From positions 1 through 46,506 of the forward strand of contig JBGPTK010000001.1 in assembly GCA_041490605.1 (NCBI GenBank): a DNA stretch of 46,506 nt, written 5' to 3'. The position numbers were made by a program, and so were the translations under genes. The notes under the pieces were generated by a model. That model was not told where the DNA came from, ran no database searches, and worked only from the letters and a program-made list of their open reading frames with translations. Source of the stretch: Terriglobia bacterium. Lineage in GTDB: Bacteria > Acidobacteriota > Terriglobia > Acidiferrales > UBA7541. How positions within the stretch are numbered: the first letter of the stretch is position 1; the number at the start of each line of letters is the position of its first letter. This document shows positions 24,708 to 33,839 of the stretch, piece by piece.

Positions 24708-25870
24708 TCAAGATTGCCGTCCTGCTGCTCCTGACGCTGACGGCGCTTGCGTACCTCACCTGGTTTGAACGAAAGGTCATCGCGCACATCCAGTCGCGAT
24801 GGGGGCCGTACTTTGTGGGCCCGCACGGATTGCTGCAGCCGTTGGCGGATGGAGTGAAATTCCTTTTCAAGGAAGATGTGATTCCTCCGGCTTCGGACAA
24901 GTTTATTTACTTGTTGGCGCCGTTTCTGGCGCTGTCGCTGGCGCTGACGACGCTGGCGCTGATTCCCATCGGTCCCACGACCATTCACATTCTGGGCTAT
25001 CCGACGCAGTTGGTGATCGCGAATTCGGATATTGGACTGCTGTTTCTTTTCGCCATCACGTCGATTGGGGTGTACGGAGTTGCGCTGGCGGGATGGTCGT
25101 CGAACAGCAAGTATTCGCTGCTGGGCGGGCTGCGCAGCTCGGCGCAGATGATCAGTTATGAAGTGGCGCTGACAGTATCCGTGGTGGGCGTGCTGCTGCT
25201 CTCCGGCACATTTAATTTGAGCCAGTTGGTGGAAAGCCAGCAAGGACGTTACTGGCACTGGATTCCGCGGTGGCACATCATCCCGCAAATTGTGGGATTC
25301 TTTTGTTATTTCGTCGCGGCCATTGCGGAGACCAATCGCGTGCCGTTTGACTTGCCGGAAGCGGAAACCGAACTGGTGGCGGGATTCCACACGGAATATT
25401 CGAGTTTCAAATTCGCCATGTTCTTCATGGCCGAGTACGCGAACATGATTACGGTCTCGTGCCTGGCGACCATTCTGTTCCTGGGTGGGTGGCTATCGCC
25501 GCTATCAGCTTCGTGGCAGTGGACGCACTACATTCCGGGCGCGGTATTTGTGATTGGCGGCGTGGCGCTGCTGCAAGATACGGTGCGGAAGCTGCGCGGG
25601 CTGCATCGCGTGGTGCTGAGCGTGGTCTGCGTGGCGATCGTGGCAATTGGATATGGGTGCCTGCAGGCGTGGGTGATCCCGGTGATTGAAGGGCCGTTCT
25701 GGTTCCTGTTCAAGGTCTTCCTGATTCTGTTCTTCTATGTTTGGGCGCGCGGCACGCTTCCCCGCTTCCGGTACGACCAGTTGATGAATTTCGGATGGAA
25801 ATTGCTGCTGCCGGTGGCGATTGCAAACCTGGTGGTGACGGCGTTTATCGTGATGGTGCTGAACCGATGA
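24665..25870 (+). CDS. nuoH: NADH-quinone oxidoreductase subunit H (copy 1)
   Basis: [55 protein letters not shown]. The GTG 24665 start overlaps nuoG by 43 nt. GTG 24695 is an alternative. Confidence 0.92.
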   Translation: MEFVAQHPVLVVSVIKIAVLLLLTLTALAYLTWFERKVIAHIQSRWGPYFVGPHGLLQPLADGVKFLFKEDVIPPASDKFIYLLAPFLALSLALTTLALIPIGPTTIHILGYPTQLVIANSDIGLLFLFAITSIGVYGVALAGWSSNSKYSLLGGLRSSAQMISYEVALTVSVVGVLLLSGTFNLSQLVESQQGRYWHWIPRWHIIPQIVGFFCYFVAAIAETNRVPFDLPEAETELVAGFHTEYSSFKFAMFFMAEYANMITVSCLATILFLGGWLSPLSASWQWTHYIPGAVFVIGGVALLQDTVRKLRGLHRVVLSVVCVAIVAIGYGCLQAWVIPVIEGPFWFLFKVFLILFFYVWARGTLPRFRYDQLMNFGWKLLLPVAIANLVVTAFIVMVLNR

Positions 25871-26361
25871 GCGTGGAATTGATTTTGTTTTTCGCGTGCG
25901 CGATTCTGGCCGTTGCGGGCGGAGTAATGCTGATTTTTCTGCGCGAGCCGATTCACAGCGCGCTGTCGCTGATCCTGGTGATGATTTCCCTGGCGGTGCT
26001 TTACCTGCTTCTGGGCGCCGAATTCATTGCCGCGATTCAGATCATCGTGTATGCGGGCGCGATCATGGTGCTATTTGTGTTCGTGATCATGCTGCTGAAT
26101 GCGGGCGAAGAAGAGCGCACTAACTTCAGCCGGATCGCGAAATTTGCCGGCGTGCCGTTGGGAATTTTTTTGACGCTCGAGCTGGCATGGGTGATCCACG
26201 GCGCTATTGGAAAGATGCTGGCCGCTCCATCCGGAGCGGTTTCGACGCGGGAACTTTCCCTGCTGCTTTTCCAGACGTATGTTTTCCCGTTTGAAGCGAC
26301 GTCGATTTTGATTTTGATCGCGATTTTGGGGGCCGTGGTGCTGGCCAAGAGGGATTTCTAA
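25867..26361 (+). CDS. nuoJ: NADH-quinone oxidoreductase subunit J (copy 1)
   Basis: [23 protein letters not shown]...[28 protein letters not shown] overlap with the nuoH stop. No nuoI lies between H and J. Confidence 0.92.
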   Translation: MSVELILFFACAILAVAGGVMLIFLREPIHSALSLILVMISLAVLYLLLGAEFIAAIQIIVYAGAIMVLFVFVIMLLNAGEEERTNFSRIAKFAGVPLGIFLTLELAWVIHGAIGKMLAAPSGAVSTRELSLLLFQTYVFPFEATSILILIAILGAVVLAKRDF

Positions 26362-26362
26362 A

Positions 26363-26665
26363 GTGGTTCCCATCTCCTACTACCTGATTTTGAGCGCGAT
26401 TTTGTTCGGGCTGGGAGTGCTGGCGTTTGTATTCAAACGCAACATCATCACGATTTTCATGTCCATCGAGCTGATGCTGAACGCGGTGAATCTTGCGTTC
26501 GTGGCGTTCAGCCGGATGCTGGGTCAGTTGGATGGGCAGGTGTTCGTGTTTTTTGTGATTGTGGTGGCGGCGGCGGAGGCCGCTGTGGGGCTCGCGATCA
26601 TCATCCAGATCGCGCGCAACCGGCAGACGCTGAACGTGGAACGCGTGAATACGCTCAAGCTCTAA
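26363..26665 (+). CDS. nuoK: NADH-quinone oxidoreductase subunit K (copy 1)
   Basis: 100 aa. [18 protein letters not shown]...[12 protein letters not shown]. Confidence 0.94.
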   Translation: MVPISYYLILSAILFGLGVLAFVFKRNIITIFMSIELMLNAVNLAFVAFSRMLGQLDGQVFVFFVIVVAAAEAAVGLAIIIQIARNRQTLNVERVNTLKL

Positions 26666-28704
26666 TGTTTATCCTGAAACATCTGTGGATCATTCTGGCG
26701 CTGCCGTTCACCGGCTCGGCGGTCAACTTTATATTTGGCCGGAAATGGCCGAAGAAGGCGGTCGATTCGGTTGGGATTGGCTCGGTGTCGCTGACGTTTC
26801 TTGCGGTGCTGGAGGCGGTGCGCGAATTCTTGCAGCTCGGCGCGAACCAGATTCCGTGGGTGAAGAATTATTACACCTGGATTACGGCGGGAAATTTCCG
26901 CGTCAATTTCGAACTGCAAGTGGACCAGTTAACCGTGGTGATGATGCTGGTGGTGGCGGGCGTTGGCCTCTTGATCCACATTTATTCCAGCGGGTACATG
27001 GCGCACGAGGGCGGCTACTACCGCTTTTTCGCGGAAATCAATCTGTTCATGTTCTTCATGCTGACGCTGGTGATGGCGGCGAACCTGGTGCTGATGTTCG
27101 TGGGCTGGGAAGGGGTGGGGCTGTGCAGCTACTTGCTGATCGGATTTTATTTCCGCAAGAAAAGCGCGGCGGATGCGGGCAAGAAGGCGTTTATCACCAC
27201 GCGCATCGGCGACCTGGGATTCATGCTGGGAATTTTCCTGACGTTCTGGACATTTGGGTCGATCGATTACGCCGCGATTTTCCGGCAAGCGGCGCAGATG
27301 CCGATCGAGAAGGCCGCGCCCTACGGCGTGCTGACGTCAATCTGCCTGTTGCTGTTCGCGGGGGCGGTGGGCAAATCGGCGCAGCTTCCTCTTTATGTGT
27401 GGCTGCCGGACGCGATGGAAGGGCCGACGCCGGTGAGCGCGCTGATTCACGCGGCGACGATGGTGACGGCGGGCGTCTACATGGTGGCGCGGATGCATGT
27501 TTTTTATTCGAAGGCGCCGGCGGCGATGCTGGTGGTGGCAACAATTGGCGCTCTCACCGCGTTTTATGCGGCGACGATTGGGCTGGTGCAGACGGACATC
27601 AAGAAAGTGCTGGCGTATTCGACGATTTCGCAGCTCGGTTACATGTTCCTGGGCTGCGGAGTGGGAGCTTACGCCGCTGGAATTTTTCATTTGATGACGC
27701 ACGCCTTTTTCAAGGGGCTGCTGTTTCTGGCGGCCGGCAGCGTGATTCATGCCATGGGCGGCCAGCAGGACATGCGCGAGATGGGCGGCCTGCGAAGGAA
27801 GATTCCCTGGACGTATTGGACGATGTTCGCGGCGACACTGGCGATCGCGGGCATTCCGGGATTTTCGGGATTTTTCAGCAAAGATGAAATTCTGGAAGCC
27901 GCGCAATCAGGGCCGAACGCGAATACCTGGCTGTGGGTGCTGGGAATCTTGGGTGCATTGCTGACGTCGTTTTATATGTTCCGGCTGCTGTTTCTGACGT
28001 TTTTTGGGAAGGCGCGTTACGACGAGCGCAAAGTGCACGTTCACGAATCGCCGGCAAATATGCTGGCGCCGCTGGTGATTCTGGCGGTGCTGGCGGTGGG
28101 CGGCGGATGGGTTGCCGCGCCGCGGCTGGTGGGCGGTGTGGATCATTTCGAGCACTTCCTGGCGCCGGTGTTCCACCCTCGGACGGGCGGAACGCTCAGC
28201 GCTGTTATCGGGGCATCTCCGGAAGAAGTTGCGCGGCAGATGGATGAGGCCAAGGCAAAGGCTTTGACCGCAGAGGCCGCGGAGAAAGAGGAGGAGCACG
28301 CTGAGCAGCCGGGCTTGGCCGGGTCGCTGTTGGGAATTCCTGTGATCGTCGCGTTGATTGGACTGGCCACGGCGTGGTGGTTCTATATCAAGAGCCCGCA
28401 GACGCCGAAGAACCTGGCGAAATCGCTGAGCGGGCCGTACAAACTTCTGCTCAACAAATATTACGTGGATGAGATTTACGGATTCCTGATCGTGCGCCCG
28501 CTGCTGTGGATTTCGGCGAACGTGCTGTGGCATGGGGTGGATGAAGGCGCGATCGACGGCGCAGTGAACGGAGTGGCGAGCGCGGCGCGAGAAGTGGGCG
28601 GACGGGTGCGCCACTTGCAATCGGGCAACACGCGAAGTTACGCCACGTGGGTGGTGATCGGCGCGGTGGCGTTTACCACTTTCTTCTTGTGGATGGTGCG
28701 GTAG
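26665..28704 (+). CDS. nuoL: NADH-quinone oxidoreductase subunit L (copy 1)
   Basis: 679 aa. GWEGVGLCSYLLIGF, WLPDAMEGPTPVSALIHAATMVTAG, HAFFKGLLFL. Confidence 0.95.
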   Translation: MFILKHLWIILALPFTGSAVNFIFGRKWPKKAVDSVGIGSVSLTFLAVLEAVREFLQLGANQIPWVKNYYTWITAGNFRVNFELQVDQLTVVMMLVVAGVGLLIHIYSSGYMAHEGGYYRFFAEINLFMFFMLTLVMAANLVLMFVGWEGVGLCSYLLIGFYFRKKSAADAGKKAFITTRIGDLGFMLGIFLTFWTFGSIDYAAIFRQAAQMPIEKAAPYGVLTSICLLLFAGAVGKSAQLPLYVWLPDAMEGPTPVSALIHAATMVTAGVYMVARMHVFYSKAPAAMLVVATIGALTAFYAATIGLVQTDIKKVLAYSTISQLGYMFLGCGVGAYAAGIFHLMTHAFFKGLLFLAAGSVIHAMGGQQDMREMGGLRRKIPWTYWTMFAATLAIAGIPGFSGFFSKDEILEAAQSGPNANTWLWVLGILGALLTSFYMFRLLFLTFFGKARYDERKVHVHESPANMLAPLVILAVLAVGGGWVAAPRLVGGVDHFEHFLAPVFHPRTGGTLSAVIGASPEEVARQMDEAKAKALTAEAAEKEEEHAEQPGLAGSLLGIPVIVALIGLATAWWFYIKSPQTPKNLAKSLSGPYKLLLNKYYVDEIYGFLIVRPLLWISANVLWHGVDEGAIDGAVNGVASAAREVGGRVRHLQSGNTRSYATWVVIGAVAFTTFFLWMVR

Positions 28705-28708
28705 CCGA

Positions 28709-30334
28709 ATGGGCCAAAATCATTTGTTATCGGTGCTGATCTTCCTGCCGCTGGTGGGGTCGCTGGCGGTGTTGCTGCTGGGGCGCGACGATCACGAGTG
28801 GGTGCGGCGGCTGGCGCTGGCCACATCAATCGCCGAATTCGTGATTTCGCTGTTCCTGCTGCGTGGATTCGACATGGGCTCGGGGGCCTACCAGCTCGAA
28901 GAATTTCACCGCTGGATCAGTTCGCCGCCGATCCACTACCACCTGGGAATCGACGGGATCAGCCTGTTCCTGGTGCTGCTCTCGACGTTCCTGACGCCGT
29001 TCGCGATTCTGTGCTCTTGGACGAGCATCCACGTGCGGGTGAAGGAATTCTTCATCATGCTGCTGGTACTGGAGACGGGCATGATCGGCGTGTTCGTGGC
29101 GCTGGACCTGTTTCTTTTCTTCTTGTTCTGGGAAGTGATGCTGCTGCCGATGTATTTCCTGATCGGCATCTGGGGCCACGACCGGAAAATTTACGCGGCG
29201 CTGAAATTTATTTTGTACACGATGGCCGGGTCGATTCTGATGCTGGTGGCGATCGTTTGGCTGTACGGGCTGACCGGGTCGTTCGATCTGCCGGAAATCC
29301 AGATGAAGCTGCAGAGGAGCATCGTGATGCTGCCGGCGGGCACGGAATTGCTGCTCTTCGGGGCGTTCTTCCTGGCGTTCGCGATCAAGGTGCCGATCTT
29401 CCCGGTGCACACCTGGCTGCCGGACGCGCACACGGAAGCGCCGACGGCGGGCTCCGTGATTCTGGCTGGCGTGCTGCTGAAAATGGGGACGTACGGCATG
29501 CTGCGCTTCTGCCTGCCGCTGTTTCCGGATGCGGCGCACCGGATGGCGCCGTATATCGCCGTGCTGGCGATCATCGGGATTATTTATGGCGCGCTGGTGG
29601 CGACGGTGCAGCACGATTTGAAACGGCTGGTGGCTTACACGTCGATCAGCCACCTGGGCTTCGTAGTGCTGGGCATTTTCGCGTTCAGTAATATTTCGAT
29701 TCAGGGCGCGATCTATCAGATGCTGAGCCATGGCATTTCGACCGGCGGGCTGTTCCTGGCGGTGGGAATGCTTTATGACCGGCGGCACACGCACGAAATC
29801 AAGGAATTCGGTGGGCTGGCGACGCCGATGCCGGTCTTCGCTTCCCTGTTTTTGTTCATCTGTTTTTCATCGCTGGCGCTGCCGCTGCTGAATGGATTCG
29901 TGGGCGAATTTTTGATTTTGACGGGCACGTGGCAACGCCATGCAAGCTGGGCGGCATGGGCGGCCACTGGTTCGATCTTGTCCGCGGTTTATTTGTTGTG
30001 GGCTTACCAGCGAGTGGTGTGGGGTGAAGTGACGGTGGAGAAAAATAAGACCTTGCCCGATGCGTCGACTCGCGAGCGTCTGATCCTGGCGCTGATTTGC
30101 CTGCTGGCGCTGTTCATGGGCGTGGCCTCGCCGCTCTTCACGCGGCGTATGGAAGCTACCAGCCAGAATCTGCTGCAACAGATGCAACGCAACCGCGCTT
30201 ACGATGCCCGCGGCGCCGCTCCCGCGGGGATGCCGGAACATTGCGACATGCCTGCGATGGCTGCCGCGCCAGCGCTGGCGTCCGCGCAGGTTGCTCGGCA
30301 CGATTCCGTTCCGGAAAGGCGGGCACAGAACTAA
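28709..30334 (+). CDS. nuoM: NADH-quinone oxidoreductase subunit M (copy 1)
   Basis: 541 aa. WLPDAHTEAPTAGSVILAGVLLKMGTYG, AYTSISHLGFV. Confidence 0.95.
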   Translation: MGQNHLLSVLIFLPLVGSLAVLLLGRDDHEWVRRLALATSIAEFVISLFLLRGFDMGSGAYQLEEFHRWISSPPIHYHLGIDGISLFLVLLSTFLTPFAILCSWTSIHVRVKEFFIMLLVLETGMIGVFVALDLFLFFLFWEVMLLPMYFLIGIWGHDRKIYAALKFILYTMAGSILMLVAIVWLYGLTGSFDLPEIQMKLQRSIVMLPAGTELLLFGAFFLAFAIKVPIFPVHTWLPDAHTEAPTAGSVILAGVLLKMGTYGMLRFCLPLFPDAAHRMAPYIAVLAIIGIIYGALVATVQHDLKRLVAYTSISHLGFVVLGIFAFSNISIQGAIYQMLSHGISTGGLFLAVGMLYDRRHTHEIKEFGGLATPMPVFASLFLFICFSSLALPLLNGFVGEFLILTGTWQRHASWAAWAATGSILSAVYLLWAYQRVVWGEVTVEKNKTLPDASTRERLILALICLLALFMGVASPLFTRRMEATSQNLLQQMQRNRAYDARGAAPAGMPEHCDMPAMAAAPALASAQVARHDSVPERRAQN

Positions 30335-31819
30335 ATGCGCCCACCGATCGAAGACGTATTCCGCCTGGCTCCCGAAATCGTCCTGTGCTTCACCGGCATT
30401 TTGATCATGCTGGTGGACCCCTTTGTTTCCGCAAAAAATAAGAAGTTCATGGGCTGGGTGGGATTTGCAGGAGCGGTTGTGGCGCTGGCTTCGATTTTCG
30501 AAGCCGCGCGGCATCAGGGAGCGGCTTATGGCGGGCTGATCCTGACGGACCACTTCAGCCTGTACATGCACGCGGTGGTGATTGGCGCGGCCGCGTTGGC
30601 GATTCTTGGATCGTTCACTTACCTGGAACGCGAAAAGCTGGTGCGGGGCGAATATTATTCGCTGATTTTGTTTGCCACCGCGGGAATGGGAATTCTGTGC
30701 GGCGCGGGCGAACTGGTGACTGCCTTTATCGGGCTGGAGATGAGCTCGATTTCGAGCTATATCCTGGCGGGCTTCCGGCGCGACGCGATCAAGTCCAATG
30801 AAGCCTCGCTGAAATATTTTCTGCTGGGTTCGTTCGCGACGGCGTTTTTTTTGTATGGCACGGCGATGGTGTATGGCGCCACGGGAACCACGCGATTCGA
30901 GGGAATCGAGAACGCGGTTGCCCGGCCGGGAGCGGGGACGCTGCTGGTTTTGGGCCTGGTGCTGCTGTTCGCCGGCCTGGGATTCAAAATTGTAGCCGCG
31001 CCGTTCCAGATTTACGCGCCGGACGTTTACGAAGGCGCGCCGACGCCGGTGTCGGCCTTGCTGGCTTCCGGGCCGAAGGCTGCGACGTTCGCAGTGATGC
31101 TGCGGATTTTTTATGTGGCGTTTGGAGGTTCGAACAGCATCTGGTATTGGGCGATTTGGATTGCCGCGGTGCTTTCGATGTGCGTGGGAAATTTTGGGGC
31201 GCTGGTGCAGACGAACGTGAAGCGCATGCTGGCGTATTCTTCGATCGCGCACGCGGGCTACATCCTGGTGGCATTCGCGGCCAGCACGAAGCTGGGAATC
31301 GCGGCGGTTTTATTCTACCTGGCGGCCTACGCGCTGATGAAGCTGGGGGCGTTCGTGGCGGTGGCGCACCTGGGCGGCGCGGGCGAAAAGCGATTGGATA
31401 TCAAGGATTATGCGGGCCTTTCGACACAGCAGCCGTGGCTGGCGGCTTGCTTCGCGCTGTTCCTGTTTTCTCTGCTCGGAATTCCCGGGACTGGAGGATT
31501 CTTAGGCAAATTTTATGCATTCCAGGCGCCACTTCTTGCCGCGCGGGAAGTGACGGCGATGGCGTCGCCCCACGTGGCCAGTTCCCTGGTGTGGCTGGTG
31601 ATCATCGCTGCGCTCAACAGCGTGGTGGGGGCGTATTACTATTTGCGCGTGATCGTCTCCATGTATTTCTGGGAGGCGCAGAAGGAATTTGCGCCGCTGG
31701 AAGTGAGCCCTTCGGTTACGTTTGTGTTGATGATCGCCGCTGCCGGAACCATTTATCTGGGCCTGTTCCCGAACCAGGTGATGAGCTTCGCGCAGCTCTC
31801 CGCGCTTTCGCTACACTAG
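30335..31819 (+). CDS. nuoN: NADH-quinone oxidoreductase subunit N (copy 1)
   Basis: 494 aa. APFQIYAPDVYEGAPTPVSA, MLAYSSIAHAGYIL. Confidence 0.95.
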   Translation: MRPPIEDVFRLAPEIVLCFTGILIMLVDPFVSAKNKKFMGWVGFAGAVVALASIFEAARHQGAAYGGLILTDHFSLYMHAVVIGAAALAILGSFTYLEREKLVRGEYYSLILFATAGMGILCGAGELVTAFIGLEMSSISSYILAGFRRDAIKSNEASLKYFLLGSFATAFFLYGTAMVYGATGTTRFEGIENAVARPGAGTLLVLGLVLLFAGLGFKIVAAPFQIYAPDVYEGAPTPVSALLASGPKAATFAVMLRIFYVAFGGSNSIWYWAIWIAAVLSMCVGNFGALVQTNVKRMLAYSSIAHAGYILVAFAASTKLGIAAVLFYLAAYALMKLGAFVAVAHLGGAGEKRLDIKDYAGLSTQQPWLAACFALFLFSLLGIPGTGGFLGKFYAFQAPLLAAREVTAMASPHVASSLVWLVIIAALNSVVGAYYYLRVIVSMYFWEAQKEFAPLEVSPSVTFVLMIAAAGTIYLGLFPNQVMSFAQLSALSLH

Positions 31820-31857
31820 CGAAGAATTCTCGCCTTCTGGTGAATTCCATTAGGAGT

Positions 31858-31933
31858 GGGCTTCAGGGTCTAAAGCCCTTTTTTTTTGCTAGAGCCTATG
31901 TCGGAGCTAAAGCTCCGACCCGTTAAAAACCCA
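31858..31933. repeat. REP-like double-hairpin element, family 1
   Basis: GGGCTTcagggtctAAAGCCCttttttttt...atGTCGGAGCtaaaGCTCCGACccgttaaaaaccc. Same layout as 17376-17445. Confidence 0.6.
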
Positions 31934-31976
31934 TCATGAACAAGTCCTGATCTTTTCGTTGCGCTTGCGAAAACAG

Positions 31977-32011
31977 AAGGCCCGGAACTCGCTTTGCGAA
32001 TTCCGGGCCTT
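31977..32011. terminator. Bidirectional intrinsic-terminator-like hairpin between the convergent nuoN (copy 1) and atpE
   Basis: AAGGCCCGGAA ctcgctttgcga ATTCCGGGCCTT. It is followed by TTGAATTTTA on the + strand and by TTCTGTTTTC on the - strand. Confidence 0.6.
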
Positions 32012-32045
32012 GAATTTTACCGGTTGATTTTGTTTGAGGCCGCGC

Positions 32046-32354
32046 CTACTTCACGCGGATGAACATGGTGGCGAAAGTATACAGCGCCATGGACTCGATC
32101 AATACCAGCGCCAAAATGAGCATGTTGGTGATGGCCTTGGCCGCGCCCGGATTGCGCGCCATGCCTTCGGAAGCAGCGGCGCTGGCTTTCGCCTGTGCGT
32201 AACCACCGGCCGCTGACGCGATGGCCATGCTGAAGCCCGCGGTGATCACCACCCAGTTCGGGCCCGCGCCCGGCGCTTCATCGGCGGCAAAAACCGTCGG
32301 TGCAAACAAGCTGATGGCCAGGACGGCCAGCAGCACCACGGCAAACTTTCTCAT
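32046..32354 (-). CDS. atpE: F-type ATP synthase subunit c with signal-peptide-like N-terminal extension
   Basis: 102 aa. Hairpin core ...GMARNPGAAKAITNMLILALVLIESMALYTF (carboxylate E). N-terminus MRKFAVVLLAVLAISLFAPTVFA-AD. GAGGAG RBS. Confidence 0.88.
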   Translation of the reverse strand: MRKFAVVLLAVLAISLFAPTVFAADEAPGAGPNWVVITAGFSMAIASAAGGYAQAKASAAASEGMARNPGAAKAITNMLILALVLIESMALYTFATMFIRVK

Positions 32355-32444
32355 CGTTGTTTCTCCTCGTTATAAAGTAGCCGCCAGGCGGTGGCTCCCG
32401 TCATCCTCGTACAGACGGGATCACATTGACGGCGATGATGCCGG

Positions 32445-32482
32445 TATGAATTCTAGAAACCAATATGAATTCTAGAAACCAA
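32445..32482. repeat. Perfect 19-bp tandem direct repeat (x2) in the atpB-atpE spacer
   Basis: TATGAATTCTAGAAACCAA at 32445-32463 and again at 32464-32482. It is AT-rich and contains the palindrome TTCTAGAA. Confidence 0.9.
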
Positions 32483-32555
32483 GAGGGCGCGGCTCTTCGA
32501 GGCTCAGGGTAAACGTGAAGCCGGCCCCTACATCAACTTCAACTGCATAACTATA

Positions 32556-33368
32556 CTAGTGCTCTTCGCCTACTGCGCCGGCCACATAGATGACCGGGAG
32601 AATCGTAAACACGAACGCCTGCAAAACCGCCACGAAAATGTGCAGGACGATAAAGATCACCGGAACACCCAAAGGCAGAACCACGGCCGCGTAACCAGTG
32701 ACATTCAGTTTGCCCAGGAAAATGAAAAGCTCGAGCAACAGGCCCAGGAAGATTCCATAGAGCAATTCGCTGACGAACATGTTCACCCAGAGACGGACGG
32801 TGAGCGAGAGCAGCCGGGCGAAGTTGCTGATGATCTCGATGGGCAGCATGATTGGCGACATGTAGACATTCGGCCCCAGGAAATGCTTGGCGTGGCCGAG
32901 CGGCCCGTGATGGTGAATCCCGCACCAGTTGTAATAAACAAAAACCACGATGGCCAAACCGAACGGAACGGAAACCTGCGCCGTGGGCGATTCGAGAGTG
33001 GGAATCAGGCTGATCAAGTTGCACATCAGCACGAAGATCCCGATGCTGCCGAGCATTGGCAGATAGCGAATCCCGTTGTGCCCGATGTTGTTTTCGAGCA
33101 GATCGAGCACGCCCAGATCGAGCGGATTCTTCAGGATCATTTCCATGCATTGCTGCGTGGCGCCGGGGCGTTCCACGGAGAGCCTGCGCTTGAGCCACAG
33201 AAAGAAGACGATCGCGACGGCGAAGACCAGGACCTCCATCGCGACGTGATTGGGAATTGGATAAGCGGCGTTCTCCGGCTTGATGTGCATCGCCGAAAGG
33301 ATGGCGGCGACGGGCTTGCCGAACAGACGGTTGAGGAGCGCAGTGATCCAGAGTACGTGTTCTTCCAT
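32556..33368 (-). CDS. atpB: F-type ATP synthase subunit a
   Basis: 270 aa. ARLLSLTVRLWVNMFVSELL (essential Arg helix), multiple TM segments. Confidence 0.9.
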   Translation of the reverse strand: MEEHVLWITALLNRLFGKPVAAILSAMHIKPENAAYPIPNHVAMEVLVFAVAIVFFLWLKRRLSVERPGATQQCMEMILKNPLDLGVLDLLENNIGHNGIRYLPMLGSIGIFVLMCNLISLIPTLESPTAQVSVPFGLAIVVFVYYNWCGIHHHGPLGHAKHFLGPNVYMSPIMLPIEIISNFARLLSLTVRLWVNMFVSELLYGIFLGLLLELFIFLGKLNVTGYAAVVLPLGVPVIFIVLHIFVAVLQAFVFTILPVIYVAGAVGEEH

Positions 33369-33395
33369 GTCCCTTGGTTGAATCCGTTTGGATTT

Positions 33396-33839
33396 TTATG
33401 AGCGGCCCGCGCGATCGGGCAAATGCTCGACGAGATAATAAATCATTTCCGCCAGAGCGCCGGCCACGGCCGCAAACAAGCCGCACAGCACCGCCGCCGC
33501 AGGCCATCCCGGGCGCGAAAGAATAGCATACAGCACAATGATCAGCAAAACGAAGCGGCCCAAGGACTTAAAGTAAACACTCTTGGGGATCTGGACTTTT
33601 TCCTGCCCCGCCTGCGCTTCGGAAAGCGCCGCCAGCACGCCCACGCCCTGCTTCAACCAACGGAAATTCACCCAGGAGATTACCGTGCCAAAGCAAACAC
33701 CCGCTGCCTGGACCCAGCCCCACCGGCCGGCGGCAAACGTGGCAACCAGAAGGCCAAAACCCAGGGTCCAATACTCGACGCGGAGCAAAGAAAATTCGGG
33801 GAGGCCGTCACGCGCTGCCGTTGGATTTTCCGTCTCCAT
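33396..33839 (-). CDS. atpI: ATP synthase protein I (AtpI-like)
   Basis: 147 aa, 4 hydrophobic helices, located directly upstream of atpB. Overlaps the upstream gene by 32 nt, so the start is uncertain. Confidence 0.6.
   Translation of the reverse strand: METENPTAARDGLPEFSLLRVEYWTLGFGLLVATFAAGRWGWVQAAGVCFGTVISWVNFRWLKQGVGVLAALSEAQAGQEKVQIPKSVYFKSLGRFVLLIIVLYAILSRPGWPAAAVLCGLFAAVAGALAEMIYYLVEHLPDRAGRS

Noticed and set aside
32445-32482. The tandem repeat contains GAATTC and TCTAGA. I considered a cloning scar or a mini-CRISPR.
   Set aside because: There are only two directly abutting 19-bp units with no spacer, so it is not a CRISPR. The flanks are native operon sequence with no vector-like motifs. 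The restriction-site resemblance is most simply a coincidence of an AT-rich palindrome.
33808-33839. A 32-nt overlap between atpZ and atpI, considered as a possible sequencing frameshift.
   Set aside because: Both ORFs have sensible hydrophobic profiles end to end. The overlap probably reflects an atpI start that is annotated too early.
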